Assembly: GCF_004010195.1 (NCBI RefSeq)
Contig: NC_057755.1
Location: 11,676,580 to 11,740,579 of the forward strand
Source of the DNA: Chiloscyllium plagiosum
Lineage: Eukaryota
Direction of reading: 5' to 3'
Length of the DNA: 64,000 bases
Under the pieces are notes generated by a model. It worked only from the letters and a program-made list of their open reading frames with translations, was not told the DNA's origin and searched no databases. Position numbers and translations under genes: made by a program. Below are positions 34,947-47,850 of this stretch, piece by piece (the stretch's first letter is position 1; each line of letters starts with the position of its first letter).

Positions 34947-36044
34947 GTAAGTTTTCAACTTATTTTTGTTACAGCTGAGCTTTGGGCTTTATTCCCAAGT
35001 GAAATTATTTTGTTCATAGCTTGTGTGATTTTGCAACCTTGCCTGTCTGATTTGTGCTTTATTTGAGTTCTGATAGAAATGGTGCCCATGGACTACAGCT
35101 GATACAGTAATAATTTCTCCTCCTTTATATGTTCCTCATGATTTGACATACTACAAAATGTATATCACTCTGCAGAAATAATCTCGTGATTGTATTGTTG
35201 ATAATTAATGATGCAATTAATCAATAATCAATAATAAGTTTATTGATAATGTTAAAGAATTTGAGCCTCAAATTCTTATCCTGCAAATGTGAGCTTCTTT
35301 GGTTTCAACCTCCTTTTTTCAGGAATGTAGAAATTTTAAATCAAAATGCTGTATTGATAAATCCATGGGATGTGTCATCATTTTTTAATTTATTGCTTTT
35401 TGTTTTGTAGTCTTTGTTTAATGTGCAGCACTTTCCCCTTTTTGTAGGTAGAGCAGGGAAAGATTCCCAAGTTTCTTACTGACTAATGTTCCCACTGTCC
35501 AATTCAAGTACTTGCTTGACAGTAAGGATTGACAGGCTATTGAGCAATGGGAGGATTCATGCCCAACTCTGAACCTGTCTAGGCCCAACCACTACATGCC
35601 TACACATTACAGCCAGAGCGCCAGTATTCCCAGGCTGACTGTATTTTTGCTTGTTAACCGAGTATTGTCTATTGCTGAGGTATTACTGCTGAACTGGCAC
35701 AGACTAGTGGTCAAAAGTTTTACCATCCAAACTGGACAACTGTTGTATGCTGTGAAGTGTAATTACCTAATGAGCCCTAAGGTATTTGCAAGTGCAAGTT
35801 ACTTTGCAAGGCGAATAATTGTCACAAGTAATATATCAATCCCACTTGCGTGCAAATTGGTTCATTCAGTATGCAACCTTTTCCTTGATGACAACTGCTC
35901 TGAATGTTAAACAGTATTTGTCATAACTTGTGGAGTTATGCGCAGAGCATGATGTTCTTTGAACATTAAATTTTACAAAAACATTTCTGTTGGTTTGAGT
36001 CTATAACTGTGACCACTTATTCCATGTACTTGTTTTATTTTCAG

Positions 36045-36232
36045 CCAGCAGTGGCTTTACCCACAAGTCTCAATGCCCCACAGACAACAGCTCAAATCAC
36101 CGTGTCTTACCCAACACCGCGGGCTACACAACAGCAGACCCAACCTCAGAAGCAACGGGTCTTCACTGGAGTAGTAACTAAGCTTCACGACACATTTGGT
36201 TTTGTGGATGAAGACGTCTTCTTTCAGCTGAG
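36045..36232 (+). CDS. CCAR1: CCAR1 exon 6 (start of S1-like RNA-binding domain)
   Basis: PAVALPTSL...QKQRVFTGVVTKLHDTFGFVDEDVFFQL; phase 0 to 2. Confidence 0.96.
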
Positions 36233-36999
36233 GTTTGTGTTTAATGTTTAACCTGACAAATTAGAAACTTGAGGAAGTCATTTAGTCGTTTAAACCTGAT
36301 CCACTGGTCAATTAGATCATAATTTATTTATATCCTAACTCCATTTGGTTTGGTTCTGTAACCCTTAATGCCCTTATCAAAGGAAAATGTGAATTTCAAT
36401 TTCAAAATATTCAGTTGACTGTCAGTTTCATCACCTCTTCAAGAGAAACAGTTCTAGATTTCCACTCGTGTTTGTGTGAAGAATGGCTTCCTGGCGTTAT
36501 CTGAGAGTAACCTTACTCTAACTTTAAATTTGCATTCCTTTGTTCACTATGCACTTCACACCAAACACCACGAGAAGAAATGATTTCTGTCCACCTATCC
36601 TGTTGAATCCTTTATCTTAAGTACTACATTAAGATCAGGCCTTAGTTTTCTATTTTTAGGGAATGCAAGATTATTTGATGTAAACTAGTCTCATAATGTA
36701 ACACTGTTCCCCAGATCTGCACCACAGCCCTGCCAAAATCAGTGTATTTTTGAAGTGGAGACACCACTCCAACTGGGAGATCACATCTTTATATAATAGT
36801 GATATCACTTCCTTTATGATGAAGCCAAGTATTGCATTAGACCTCTTAATTAATGTGTATGCTATACTGTCTTTGTTCAGTTTCTTGTAGTTTCACCTTT
36901 GGGAGTTTCTGCTGAGGATCAGGGGAGAAGACACTGACATTCAACAATTGATAGAGATAAATAATTCTTAACAATAACGCATGGGATCAAAGCTCTGTA

Positions 37000-39720
37000 T
37001 TTTCACCAATTCTAATCATCAGTTGGAATGAACGCTTTAATAACCAAATCTTGAATGAGGGCAAAGATGAAGCTAAAGCTTTTGCAACTGTCTCCAGTCA
37101 GGTGTGCCATGTGAATGAACTAATTCGCCTTCCTCTTGGGATCACAGCATCACAGTTACCCGTCTTCAGCAAATTCAAGTCCATGTGATTATCACAAAAT
37201 AACTAAGGGCCTTGGTTCGCAATCATTATAGACCCTGACAACATCCTGCTCTATTACTGAAGACATGTGTTGTGCAAGTAGCTGACCCAGGAAGGTTCCA
37301 GTTCGTCTACGTTATGCTTCTGTCCAGTTATGTTCTGTCCACTAAAAATAGGATAGATTTGATCCAGTCAATGAAATCCAAAATTAAGTAAATCCAGTTC
37401 AGTCTATTGTAAATTATTGGAGTCACAGTGAGTGTGACTGATGCTATAAAGAAACACTTTTGGAGGAATAAGCAGCTTGAGATGCTGAGTTTAGGTTCTA
37501 CTCGGACCACTTGGCTTCTGATCTTGTTACAGCCTTGGTCTAAATATGGACAAAAGAGCTTGAGTCCAAATGTAGGATGGGAGAGACTGCCTAGACAACA
37601 AAGTAGCACTGGACCAAGTTATGGCATTTTTAAAATTTATTCATGGGATGTGGGCATCACTGCTTGGACTAATGTATATTGCCCATCCCTAGTTACCCAC
37701 GGGAATGTGGGCGTAAGCTGTCTTGAACCACTGCAGTCCATTTGCTATAGGTAGAACCGCAAGCAACACTGAAGGAACAGATATGTTTTGATGTCATCGC
37801 AGTCAGTCGGTTGCAAAGAAACTTGCAGTAGAGGTGTTTCCATGTATGTGCTGCCCCTGTCCTTCAGGATTGATGTTTGGTTTGATAGGGGCTAAAGAAC
37901 CTTGATGAATTTGTGCAATGCATCATGTAGATTGTATACACTACTACGGAGCATTAGTGTTGGAGAGAGTGGATTGTTCGTGGATGCGGTGCCAGTCAAG
38001 TGGGCTGCTGTCACCTGGATGGTGTCAAGCACAAGACTTCAGTACTATTGTTGGAGTGTTGTCAGCGCCCATAACCTTTGCAGTAGTAATTAGTGCCTTC
38101 AACTGTTTCTTTATATCACATGGAGTGAATTGAATTGGTCAAAAACTCGCACATATGACTGTAAGGACAGAGATGGATCATTCACTCAACACTTGTGGGT
38201 GAAGATTGGTGCAAGTCCTTCACCTTGATGTGCTGGGTGTGAATATTTGTGGAGCCACCTTCTCCAGGGAGTTGTTCTGTTGTCCACCACCATTCACGAC
38301 TCTCGGTTGCAGGACTGCAGAGCGTAGATCTGATCCCCCTAGCTCAGTATCGCTTACTGTTTATGCTGTTTGGCACGGAAGTAGACTTATAGCTTCATCT
38401 GGTTGACATCCCATTTTTAAGCATTCCTCGTGCTGCTTATGGGATTTTTCTCCTGTGTTCTACATACATTTCTTTGTCTTTGAACATAAGCATCACTGGC
38501 TGGTTCAGCATTTATTCCCCATGTCTAGTTGCCCTGGAGAAGGTAATGGTGAGCTGCCTTCTTGAACCATTGCAGTCCATGTGCTGAAGTTATCCCCCAA
38601 TGGTTTTGGGAATGGAATTCCAGGATTTTGTCCCGATTACTCTGAACAAATCAGGGTTGACCCCACTGGCTCGATAGTAATGGTTAATCAGGGATAACCT
38701 GAGCTATGATGTTGTTTTGCAATTCTGCTGATAGCCTATAGTGCCTTATGCATACCAGTGTTGAACTTTAATCTATCCCATTTGGTAAAATGATTGTGTC
38801 ATATGACATGGTGTTAGGTATTCTCAGTGTGAAGATGGTGCTTCATTTCCACAAGGAATGTGCGGTGGTCACTTTATTAATGTAGTCATGGACTGATACA
38901 GGTGAAGTTGAGGTCAAATGTGATTTTCCTTCTTGTCAGTTCCCTCCCTATCAACTGCAGACCCCATCTAGCAGCAGTGTCCATTAGGATTCAACCAACT
39001 CGATCAGTGGTGGACATTGAAATCCCTAACCAGAGTCCAATTTGTACCCTTACCATCCTCAATGCTTTCTCTAAGCATGGAGGAGAACTGATTCACCAGA
39101 TGAGATTAGGAAGTAGGGCAACATGGTAATTAGCAGGAGGTTTCTTTGCTCATATTTGACTTAGTACCAATTGACTTCATGGGATCCAGAGTCAAAGTTG
39201 AGGACACCCCGATCAACTCCCTCCTGATTATTTACCACTCTTCTGATGGGACAGGACATACTCCCAGGGATCTGAGAGCATTGTATGATGTGGTGCCATG
39301 GATATGACTTTGTCAGGCTGTTGCTTGTCTAGTCTGTGAAGCAGTTCTCCCAATTTTGGCACTAGCCCCCTGATGTCATTAGAACTTTGCAGGGTCAACA
39401 GAACAGATTAATTGTTGTTTTCAGTGCCTTAGTCAGTACTAGGTCGTTCATCCATTATCTTTCAATTTTTTGAGATTTTCCAGCTGTTGATGTGACTGTA
39501 GGCTCATTTTAGGACAGTTTAGCAGACAGTTAAGAAGGACCTGCATTGTTGGGTCTGGAGTCTCAAACCAAGTAAAGAGAGCAGTTTTCCTTCTCCAAAG
39601 GATAAGAGTGAATACGTAAGTTTTTCCAATAGACAATAATATCATGTCATCATGATTTTTATTTCCAGATTTTTATTGAACTCAAGTATCATCATCTGCC
39701 ATGGTGCAATTCAAAACTAG
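37000..39720. mobile_element. Old decayed LINE fragments in both orientations
   Basis: Recurring 3' tail motif (GCATTTATTNCCC...AAGGTNNTGGTGAGCTGCCTTCTTGAACC) also seen at 22480-22570, 27000-27070 and 58860-58950; heavily mutated. Confidence 0.55.
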
Positions 39721-40747
39721 GTCCCTTAAATATCAGCTGAAAGAACTGAAGATGCTGGAAATCAGAAACAAAAACATAAATTGCTGGAAAGGCTCAGCAG
39801 CTGTGACAGCATTTGTGGAAAGAAATCAGAGTTAACATTGTGGTTTCAGTGACCCTTCCTCAGAACAATTCTGAGGCAGGTGTTGTGGCAGATTGTTTTA
39901 TGAAATAATCTCAGGTGCTTCAAGGTACAGGTCAGCTATTGTTGATTGAGCCTACATTGGGAGAACCCACTCCAGAGAAGATTCCGAGTAGCACTCTAAG
40001 TCAATGAGGATTCATCAGATATTTCTATTTTGAAATTATATGTAGACAGTACACTTGGATTTAGGCAAACAGTGTTTTTTTACAAATTCCAAAATGCACT
40101 TATTACCTCTAGCCTCAGTGCATCCTATCTTCTTTTCTGCCGTCCTATCTCTTCTCCAAAGCCTCTGCTTTGTTCTCATCCTTGACTAAACCCTATTACT
40201 TTGTCTTTCTTGTCATGGTAGGGGTCATCTTCTTTTTCCATTTCCAGATAATGCTTCAGAATTAATGCTGGTTCAGCCACGTTGCATTTTCATAGAAACT
40301 CTGTCTGCTGCATAAGTATCTGAACATGCTTATGGAGTTTAATTAACTTATTTAAACTGTACTAATTTCTTAAATAAGAATAAATGGAAGATGAATATTA
40401 AATTATTATTGCTTGTGAAGTTAACTAAAACTATACCTCACTTCAGTTGGAAATTCATTTGGATAACTCACATTATACCCAAATTTCCCCTTAACAAGCT
40501 CAAGTTTGTTATTTAAGACATGAGGAATTTCTTCACCAAAATGTAAGAATTAAGAGCAGGAGTCATCCATTTAACCTTGTTAACCATTTGACAAGATCAT
40601 GGCTGGTCTTGTAAGAGGCTAAACTCTACTTTCCTGTCTGGCCTCCATGATGCTTATCAATGAAAGAGCCTCAGTCTTAATATATTAAATAACACAACCT
40701 TCACTGCTGTCTCGTGTATAAAATTCTGCAAATCGAAACTAAAAATT

Positions 40748-40930
40748 GCCATGGTCTCAGAGAACCATAGGGCTGCTCCGTCATTACAGAGAGATGACTG
40801 GTGCTGGTTTAACTTGAGGGTCACCACACACTACAGGTGAGGAGAATCCTTCGTAGTAACCTCAGCCATTATGGATATTGACTCTGCGCCTTTCCAGCAA
40901 TGTATACACAACAGACAGCCCTGGCTGTCT
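40748..40930 (-). mobile_element. Second tRNA-SINE family, decayed
   Basis: Minus strand GGCTGAGGTTAC...GTGGTGACCCTCAAGTTAAACC...GCAGCCCTATGG; recognised by memory only. Confidence 0.45.
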
Positions 40931-41721
40931 CTTTACCGATTGTGATTGAATCCTAATATCCTTTTGTCATGGACTTCTTTAATGAATGGTCTTTGTCACT
41001 GTAGATAGAATATCCTTTATTGTCACTCCAATGCAGAAACATAGGAATACAGTGAAATGTTTTTGCAATGGCTGCCTCCAATGGCGCCATCTTAGGTACA
41101 ATACCTAAGTACTTGGATATAAACAGGAAGAAAAGGAATAAAAGGAAAATTAGTAGCATGACTTAGTGTCCAAAATAAAGTTAGAAATAAGGTAGTTATT
41201 ATATATTTTTAAAATTGACATTATGTCCCATAAAGAGTTTCAAACAGCAGCACAATACATGGGTCTGACTACCCGCGCCAGGCCCCAGTCCAACAACAGT
41301 CCTGCTTCACCAGCAGTCAGCTGCACCAAGGTACATTGCACTGCAATGGGGTCTCATTCCTCCCCATGCTGCTTCCAGGCCCCCGTTCCTTCCCGCACTA
41401 TTCAGAGACTGCTTCCCTGCACACTATTTCCTGACAAGTTTCTGGATCAGAGATGTCCTGCCAAATGTCACTTAAAAACCAATGCTTGTCCTGTGTTGTG
41501 GTCATTGTGCATTACAGAATCCAGAACCGACTATAAATCTGGATGGTTTAATTGATGCTGATGTTTGAAGAAAAGGCCAAGAGGAGATTTGATTGTTTTA
41601 AAAATCATGGTGATGCAAGAGACAGTAGATTAGGGGAGGATCTGTTCCTGCTCGTAAAAGAATTGAAAAAGAGGGCATTAGTTTTGGGTAATTCGCAAAA
41701 GAAAAATGTATTGAGGTAAAT

Positions 41722-43005
41722 GTTATTCCTCTGGTCAACAAAGAGAATATAGAAATCCCTGGTAATTATAGACCAGTCAGTCTTACATCTGTGGAGGCAA
41801 GGTATTGGAAAGGATTCTGGGTGATGGGATTTATGACTATTTAGAAAAAAGTAATTTGATTAAAGATAGTCAACTTGGCTTTGTGAGGGGTAGGACATGC
41901 CTCACAAGCCTTTTTCAGTTCTTTGAGGATGTAACGAGACAAGTTGACAAATGTTGAACAATGGATGTGGTGTATATGATTTCAGTAAGGCATTTGATAA
42001 GGTTCCCCATGATAGGCTCATACAGAAAGTTAGGAGTTAGGGGATACGGGGGTGGTAGTGGATCGAAAATATTCTGTTTGGAGGTCAGAAACCAGTGGTG
42101 TCTCATAGGGATCTGTTATTGGGCCTCTGCTCTTTGTATTTTTTATAAATGACTTGGATGAAGAAGTGGAAGGGTGGGTTAGTCAGTTTGCCAATTGCAT
42201 TAAGATTGGTGGTGGTGTCGAGGGCTGTTGCAGGCTACCACATGACATTGATAGGATGCAAAGCTAGGCTCAGAAGTGGCAGATGGAATTCAACCTGGAT
42301 AAATGCAAAGTGATTAATTTTGGAAGGTCAAATTTGAATGCTGAATACAGGGTTAAAGATAGGATTCTTGGCAGTTGGAGGAACAGTGGGATATTGGGGT
42401 CACGTACATAGATCCCTCGAAGTCACCACCCAAGTTGATAGGGTTGTTAGGAAGGCGTGTAGTGTTTTGGCTTTCATTAACAGGGGGATTGAGTTTAAGA
42501 GCTGCAAGGTTTTGCTGCAGCTCTATAAAACCCTGGTTAGACCACAGTTGGAATATTGTGTCCAGTGCTGGTTGCCTCATTATAGGAAGAATGTAGATGC
42601 TTTAGCGAGGATACAAAGGAAATTTACCAGGATGCTGCCTGGATTGGAGGGTTGGACCCATGAAGAGAGGCTGAATAAGATAGTGCTTTTCACACTGAGA
42701 GAGGAGGGGTCAAGGTAATGAGAGGCATAGAGTAGATAGCCAGATACTTTTTTCCACAGGGCAGAAATGGTTGTCACGAGGGGTCATAATTTTAAGGTGA
42801 TTGAAGCAAGGTACGGGGAGATGTCAGAGTTAGGTTCTTTAGGCAGAGAGTGGTGGGTGCATGGAATACACTGCCAGCGGTGGTGGTAGAGTCTGGACAT
42901 GCACATGGACGGCAGTAACTCACAGGGTGTGTAGGTTAGTTTGATCTTAGATTAAGATAAATGCTCGACACAACATCATGGGCCGAAGGGCCTGTACTGT
43001 TGTGT
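41722..43005 (+). mobile_element. CR1 RT and 3' fragment
   Basis: GNYRPVSLTS, LVRPQLEYCVQCW, tail GGGCCGAAGGGCCTGTACTGT. Confidence 0.88.
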
Positions 43006-43129
43006 GGTCTAAAATACTTCATACAGCAGGTGGTAAGGAACTAGAATACATTGCTTGGAGATTTGGTGCAAGTAGATACAAATGGTACATTCTGCAACAC
43101 CATAAGAGGTGAGGACATGAGATGATTGT

Positions 43130-43290
43130 TTAAACATCGGGCTACACCACCAGTGCTTTATCCGGAGGCTCGCTGGTGATGTTACCTAGTATGGTGATGA
43201 AATGTCTGAAAATGGACCTTGCAGCTCAGCGAGCAAACCTACATCCAGAACCTCAACCCAAGTTACAGATCTTCTCAAAACTTGCTAACA
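43130..43290 (+). mobile_element. Penelope terminal repeat fragment
   Basis: Reverse complement of 23362-23445 (GATGTTACCTAGTATGGTGA...CAGCTCAGCGAGCAAACCTACAT). Confidence 0.8.
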
Positions 43291-44560
43291 TAAATAATGT
43301 TCAAGGTTGTGGTGAAAGATAGAAGATTGGTACTGAATCATGAAACTCGATTGGAGAGTCAGTGCAGACATAATGGGCTAAATGGCCAGCTTCTATATGA
43401 AACAGTTCAGTGATTCTATAAATGATTGGACAAGTACCAAATCTGATTATCTTGTTTTATGGATCATAAACTGTAAACATCATAGAACTAGTATGTTAGC
43501 ATGACTCTGCATCACAGACCAGCTGTCCAACCAATTGAGGTAACCACCCCTTTGCAGATAAGTGACCCTCTGAAAGAAAACTTTCTCAAGATCATAAGTA
43601 ATCGAACCCCAATACTGATCATTGTGGCACGACACTTACTCTAAAAATGACCCATTTATCACAACTGCTTCCTGCTATTCTCTATGCTAATATATTATCT
43701 CAGCGCCGTAGGTGTTACAGTTCGCTTGGAGAGTTCAACATGTATGCTGCATCCTGAAGCTGTGAATAGTTGATGGGAGAGGATCCAACTTTCTTTCCAT
43801 CACTTAGTTGACCAGACATCTCTCCTGCTCCCACTACCCGCTATTGTTGCTTGTGAGAAAGATTTGCAGATTGCTGTTCAGACTGTTAGGCTGAGTTATG
43901 AATGCTCATGGTGAACCATCAAGGTAGGATTACAGCTTGGATGCTAAGAGGCAGCGACACCACATATTGTGCAACAGAACTTCATGAAAGTCAATGTCAG
44001 ATACCCAGTGACCGATGTTTGTTTCTTCACTCAGTACAAGTGATACTTATTAAAAGAGGCCCACTAGGCACTCCCATTCTTAATCTTTGGTATTCTCAAC
44101 TCCAGGGCGCAGTGAGGCAATGTCAAGACTGAGCAAGGCAAGTTGAGAGATGACTAGGTGGAATTGGATGTTGTCAGTGTACGTTTGAAGCTCTGTATTG
44201 TGACTTAAAGTAATATTGCTGAGTGTAATGTGTAGACTGGACGAAGTGTAGGTAAAGCATGGAAACAGATGACAATTCATGAAAATAACTTGTCACTTCA
44301 AGCGCACACTACCATTCAGCAACTCGCTGCAACCAGTTAAGTGGCAAATTCTTATATATCTGAGCACCATTCAAGGCAAATAATTAATGATCTCTGCACT
44401 GAAGTGTAATGAATGGAAACGGATTGTCTGTTAAAATTCATTTTTTTTGCTATACTTGCCTGTTTCAAAGCTAGCATTGAGTCAAGTTGTTGTTCATTGT
44501 ATGTGTGTTAATCTCTCGTTTTGCTGTAATGTATTGACTGAATGTTTTTGTGTTAACCAG

Positions 44561-44675
44561 TGCTGTGAAAGGCAAGGCCCCCCAGGTAGGAGATAGAGTT
44601 CTGGTTGAAGCTGCTTACAACCCCAACATGCCCTTCAAATGGAACGCCCAGCGAATACAGACTCTACCCAACCAG
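44561..44675 (+). CDS. CCAR1: CCAR1 exon 7
   Basis: (S)AVKGKAPQVGDRVLVEAAYNPNMPFKWNAQRIQTLPNQ; phase 2 to 0. Confidence 0.96.
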
Positions 44676-46285
44676 GTGAAATTAACTGAATGAAACAATT
44701 TGAAAGTTTGATTTAATACTTTGGAACTTATTTGTATATTGTACAATTCAATCCACTCTTTTTTCTGTGCAAGAGGATGTCACTGAACTTGTTCCCTAAA
44801 TCTCATGTGAAAATGCATTTTGCATATCATTCCGATATTTTATGAGGTTCATTTGGCTGCAATTCCACATGTAGTCACACTCTACTGCACTCTGCTACAC
44901 TCTTGGATGAGACAGGCAAATTTAGGCCAGTAACACTTTTTCTTCTTGCAATCAAAGTTTAAGATCCCAGGTACTTTAGAGAATAAAGTCTCTAGATTCC
45001 ATGGCTTTGGCAAATTGAATAAACTTTACTATGGAAAATTAGATTATTAAAATGATCTGTATATACATACTTTAACATCTTGTTACAACATGGCAGTGAA
45101 ACCTTCTGCTAATTAAACCAAACAATCAGAAAACCTCACCTCACCTCATAATCTGTTGAAGTATGACTGACAGAGAACTCCCAAATTCCATTATTTAAAG
45201 AAAAAAAACAATTCATTCCTTGACTCTAAAAGTGAACATTAAACAACTGCTGTTTACAACTGTAAGTCCCCTTTCTCCTAATGACTTATTATCTGCCTCC
45301 AATTCTAAAACAATATACTGTTCCCATAAAAACCTGTATTGAAATTACTTCAACTTAATTTCAAAATCACAAAGCAGCTTTTGTCATCAGTGTCTATCAT
45401 CTTCTGGCTGAAGATTTCCCTGGGTTGTCATCAGTCTTTTGCTGCAAAAATGTTTCATGAGATAGGTATCTTTGATAGAGAGTGTTTTGCTGCCAGTTAC
45501 TCTGTCGATGGAAGTTGGTCTCTCTGCCTAACTGTCAAAAAGCCTGCTTCTTTCACCCCAAACATTGGATCGTCTCATTGGTTTGAGGTTGGCAAAAAGA
45601 CAAAATTCAAACTTGATTGGGTTTTAGTATCCTGGTGCATAATTTAAAATGAATGGTTAGGTTTGAATTGTGGTCAGAACAACTCAGTTATCTAATTGAC
45701 AGCCAAATGTTACATTTTCAGTTTTCCAGTACACTCTGAAACTGCTAGTCAGTCACATGACAGGTGCCTGCAAGTTCTCAGTGCAAAATAGCTTTCACAC
45801 GCATTTAAAGGCACAGTGCATAATTTCATAACACTTCCCCACTAAGAAAAAAATGATGGAAAGATGACATCATTTTTTTTCTAATGCTTAATCCCTTTAC
45901 AATGAAATACATAGGGCATTAATCTAAGTTAGTATTAATTTCTGTATACAAATATATATAAAGTATCTGTTCAATCTTATCTATACTTTATCTGTAAAAT
46001 CCTTGATCACGCAAAGTCTATAGCATAAAACTCCAATGAAATAATCTCCTATTCTTTAAATCGTTCCAAAATATAAGAGGATTGTGACAACTGTCTCCAA
46101 CACATTGTTCGTCACATAAACATTAAAATGTTCTAAGGCCAGTACCAAACTCAGTAAATCCTTTTCGATGGTAGAGTATTTTTTCTATTGGGTGTGGAGT
46201 TTCTTTGAAAAGTAGCCAATTAGCCATTCAATTCCCTCACCGTACAGCTCCAACTCCTATATCGCTAGCATTGATTGCAACTTTT

Positions 46286-46608
46286 TTAGATTAGATTAGA
46301 TTCTCTACAGTGTGGAAACAGGCCCTTCGACCCAACAGATTCGCACCGATCCTTCGAAGAGTAGCCCATTCCAGACCTATTTCCCTCTGACTAATGCATC
46401 TAAGACTATGGGCAATTTTAGCGTGGCTAACTGACCTGACCTGCACATCTTGGGTCTGTGGGAGGAAACCGGAGCACCTGGAGGAAAACCACGCAGACAC
46501 TGGGAGAACGTGCAAACTCCACGCAGACAGTCGTCCGAGGCTGGAATCAAACCTGGGACCCTGGTGCTGTGAGGCAGCAGTGCTAACCACTGAGCCATCA
46601 TGCTGCCC
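46286..46608 (-). mobile_element. HE1-like V-SINE inserted in gypsy RNase H region
   Basis: Reverse-complement SINE interrupting the PNFLKPSKV region. Confidence 0.88.
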
Positions 46609-47552
46609 ACAAACTTTGGAGGGTTTTAAAAAATTTGGTGTAGCTAAAACTGGTTCAGTGGTTAATATCACTTTTAAATTGTCAAATACCTTCTGGCATT
46701 GTTCTGTCCACCGAAATTTTGAGTTCTTCTTCAGTAAATCTGTTAGCAGTGCTACAATGCTGCTGAAGTTAGGAACAAACTTCTGGTAGAATCTGCTTAG
46801 TCCCAAAAATCGAAGCATCCCTTATTCGAGGTTGGTCATGGAAATTCCTTGATGGCCTTTGTCTTGGGGTCAGTCTTCCATGACCGTGTTCTGTCCCAAG
46901 AATGTCACCTCTGCCTTTGTGAATTCTGTTTTGTTTAAGCTTATTACCAGTTTTGCTACTTGTAGTCGTTCAAAGAGCCCTGCCAACTGTACCATGTGAT
47001 CTTTCCATGACTCAGTAAAGTTCACTACATCATCCAGATAGACTGCATAGTTTGTTAACCTAGCCATAACTCTGTTCTCGAGTCTTTTGAATGTGGCTGG
47101 TGTGCTTTTCATTCCTAAAGGCATCATTTTGAATTGAGAGAGCCCATTTGGGGTTACAAATGCAGAAACTTCTTTCGCTTCCTCTGATAAAAGTACCTGC
47201 CAATAATCACGCAGTAGGTCCAACTTTGTGATGTAACTGGCTTGTCCAGCTTTCTCTGTACAGTCCTCCAATCGTGGTATTGGATATGAGTCCGATTTTG
47301 TTATGGCATTGACCTTTCGATAGTCCATACAAGATCATTGAGTCTCGTCAGGTTTGGGAATTAACATGATCGGCGAACTCCACTCACTCTGACTCGGTTC
47401 AATGATACCTTCATTGAGCATCACGCCCACTTCCTTCTGGACCTGCGTGTCTTTGAAAGATTAAATGGAGATGTTGTTTAATCAGATCAGCATTTCCCTA
47501 CTTCTCCCTCACACAATAGCATTAGTCCTCCACATCTTATTCCTGCTTCCTT

Positions 47553-47850
47553 TTGGGTGGCATGGTGGCTCAGTGGTTAGCACTGTAGCATCACAGCACC
47601 AGGGAGCCGGGTTTGATTCCCGCTTCGGGGAGTTTGCACATTCTCCCCGTCTCTGCGTGGGTTTCCTCCGGGTGCCCTGGTTTCCTTCCACAGTCCGAAG
47701 ATGTGCATGTCAAGTGAATTAGCCAGGCTAAATTGCCCATAGTGTTAGGTGCATTAGTCATGGGTAAATATAAGTTATGGGTTACTTTTTGGAGGGTCGG
47801 TGTGAACTTGTTGGGCCAAACAGCCAGTTTCCATACTGTAGGGAATTAAT
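47553..47850 (+). mobile_element. HE1-like V-SINE inserted in gypsy pol
   Basis: GGGTGGCATGGTGGCTCAGTGGTTAGC head, V core and tail. Confidence 0.88.
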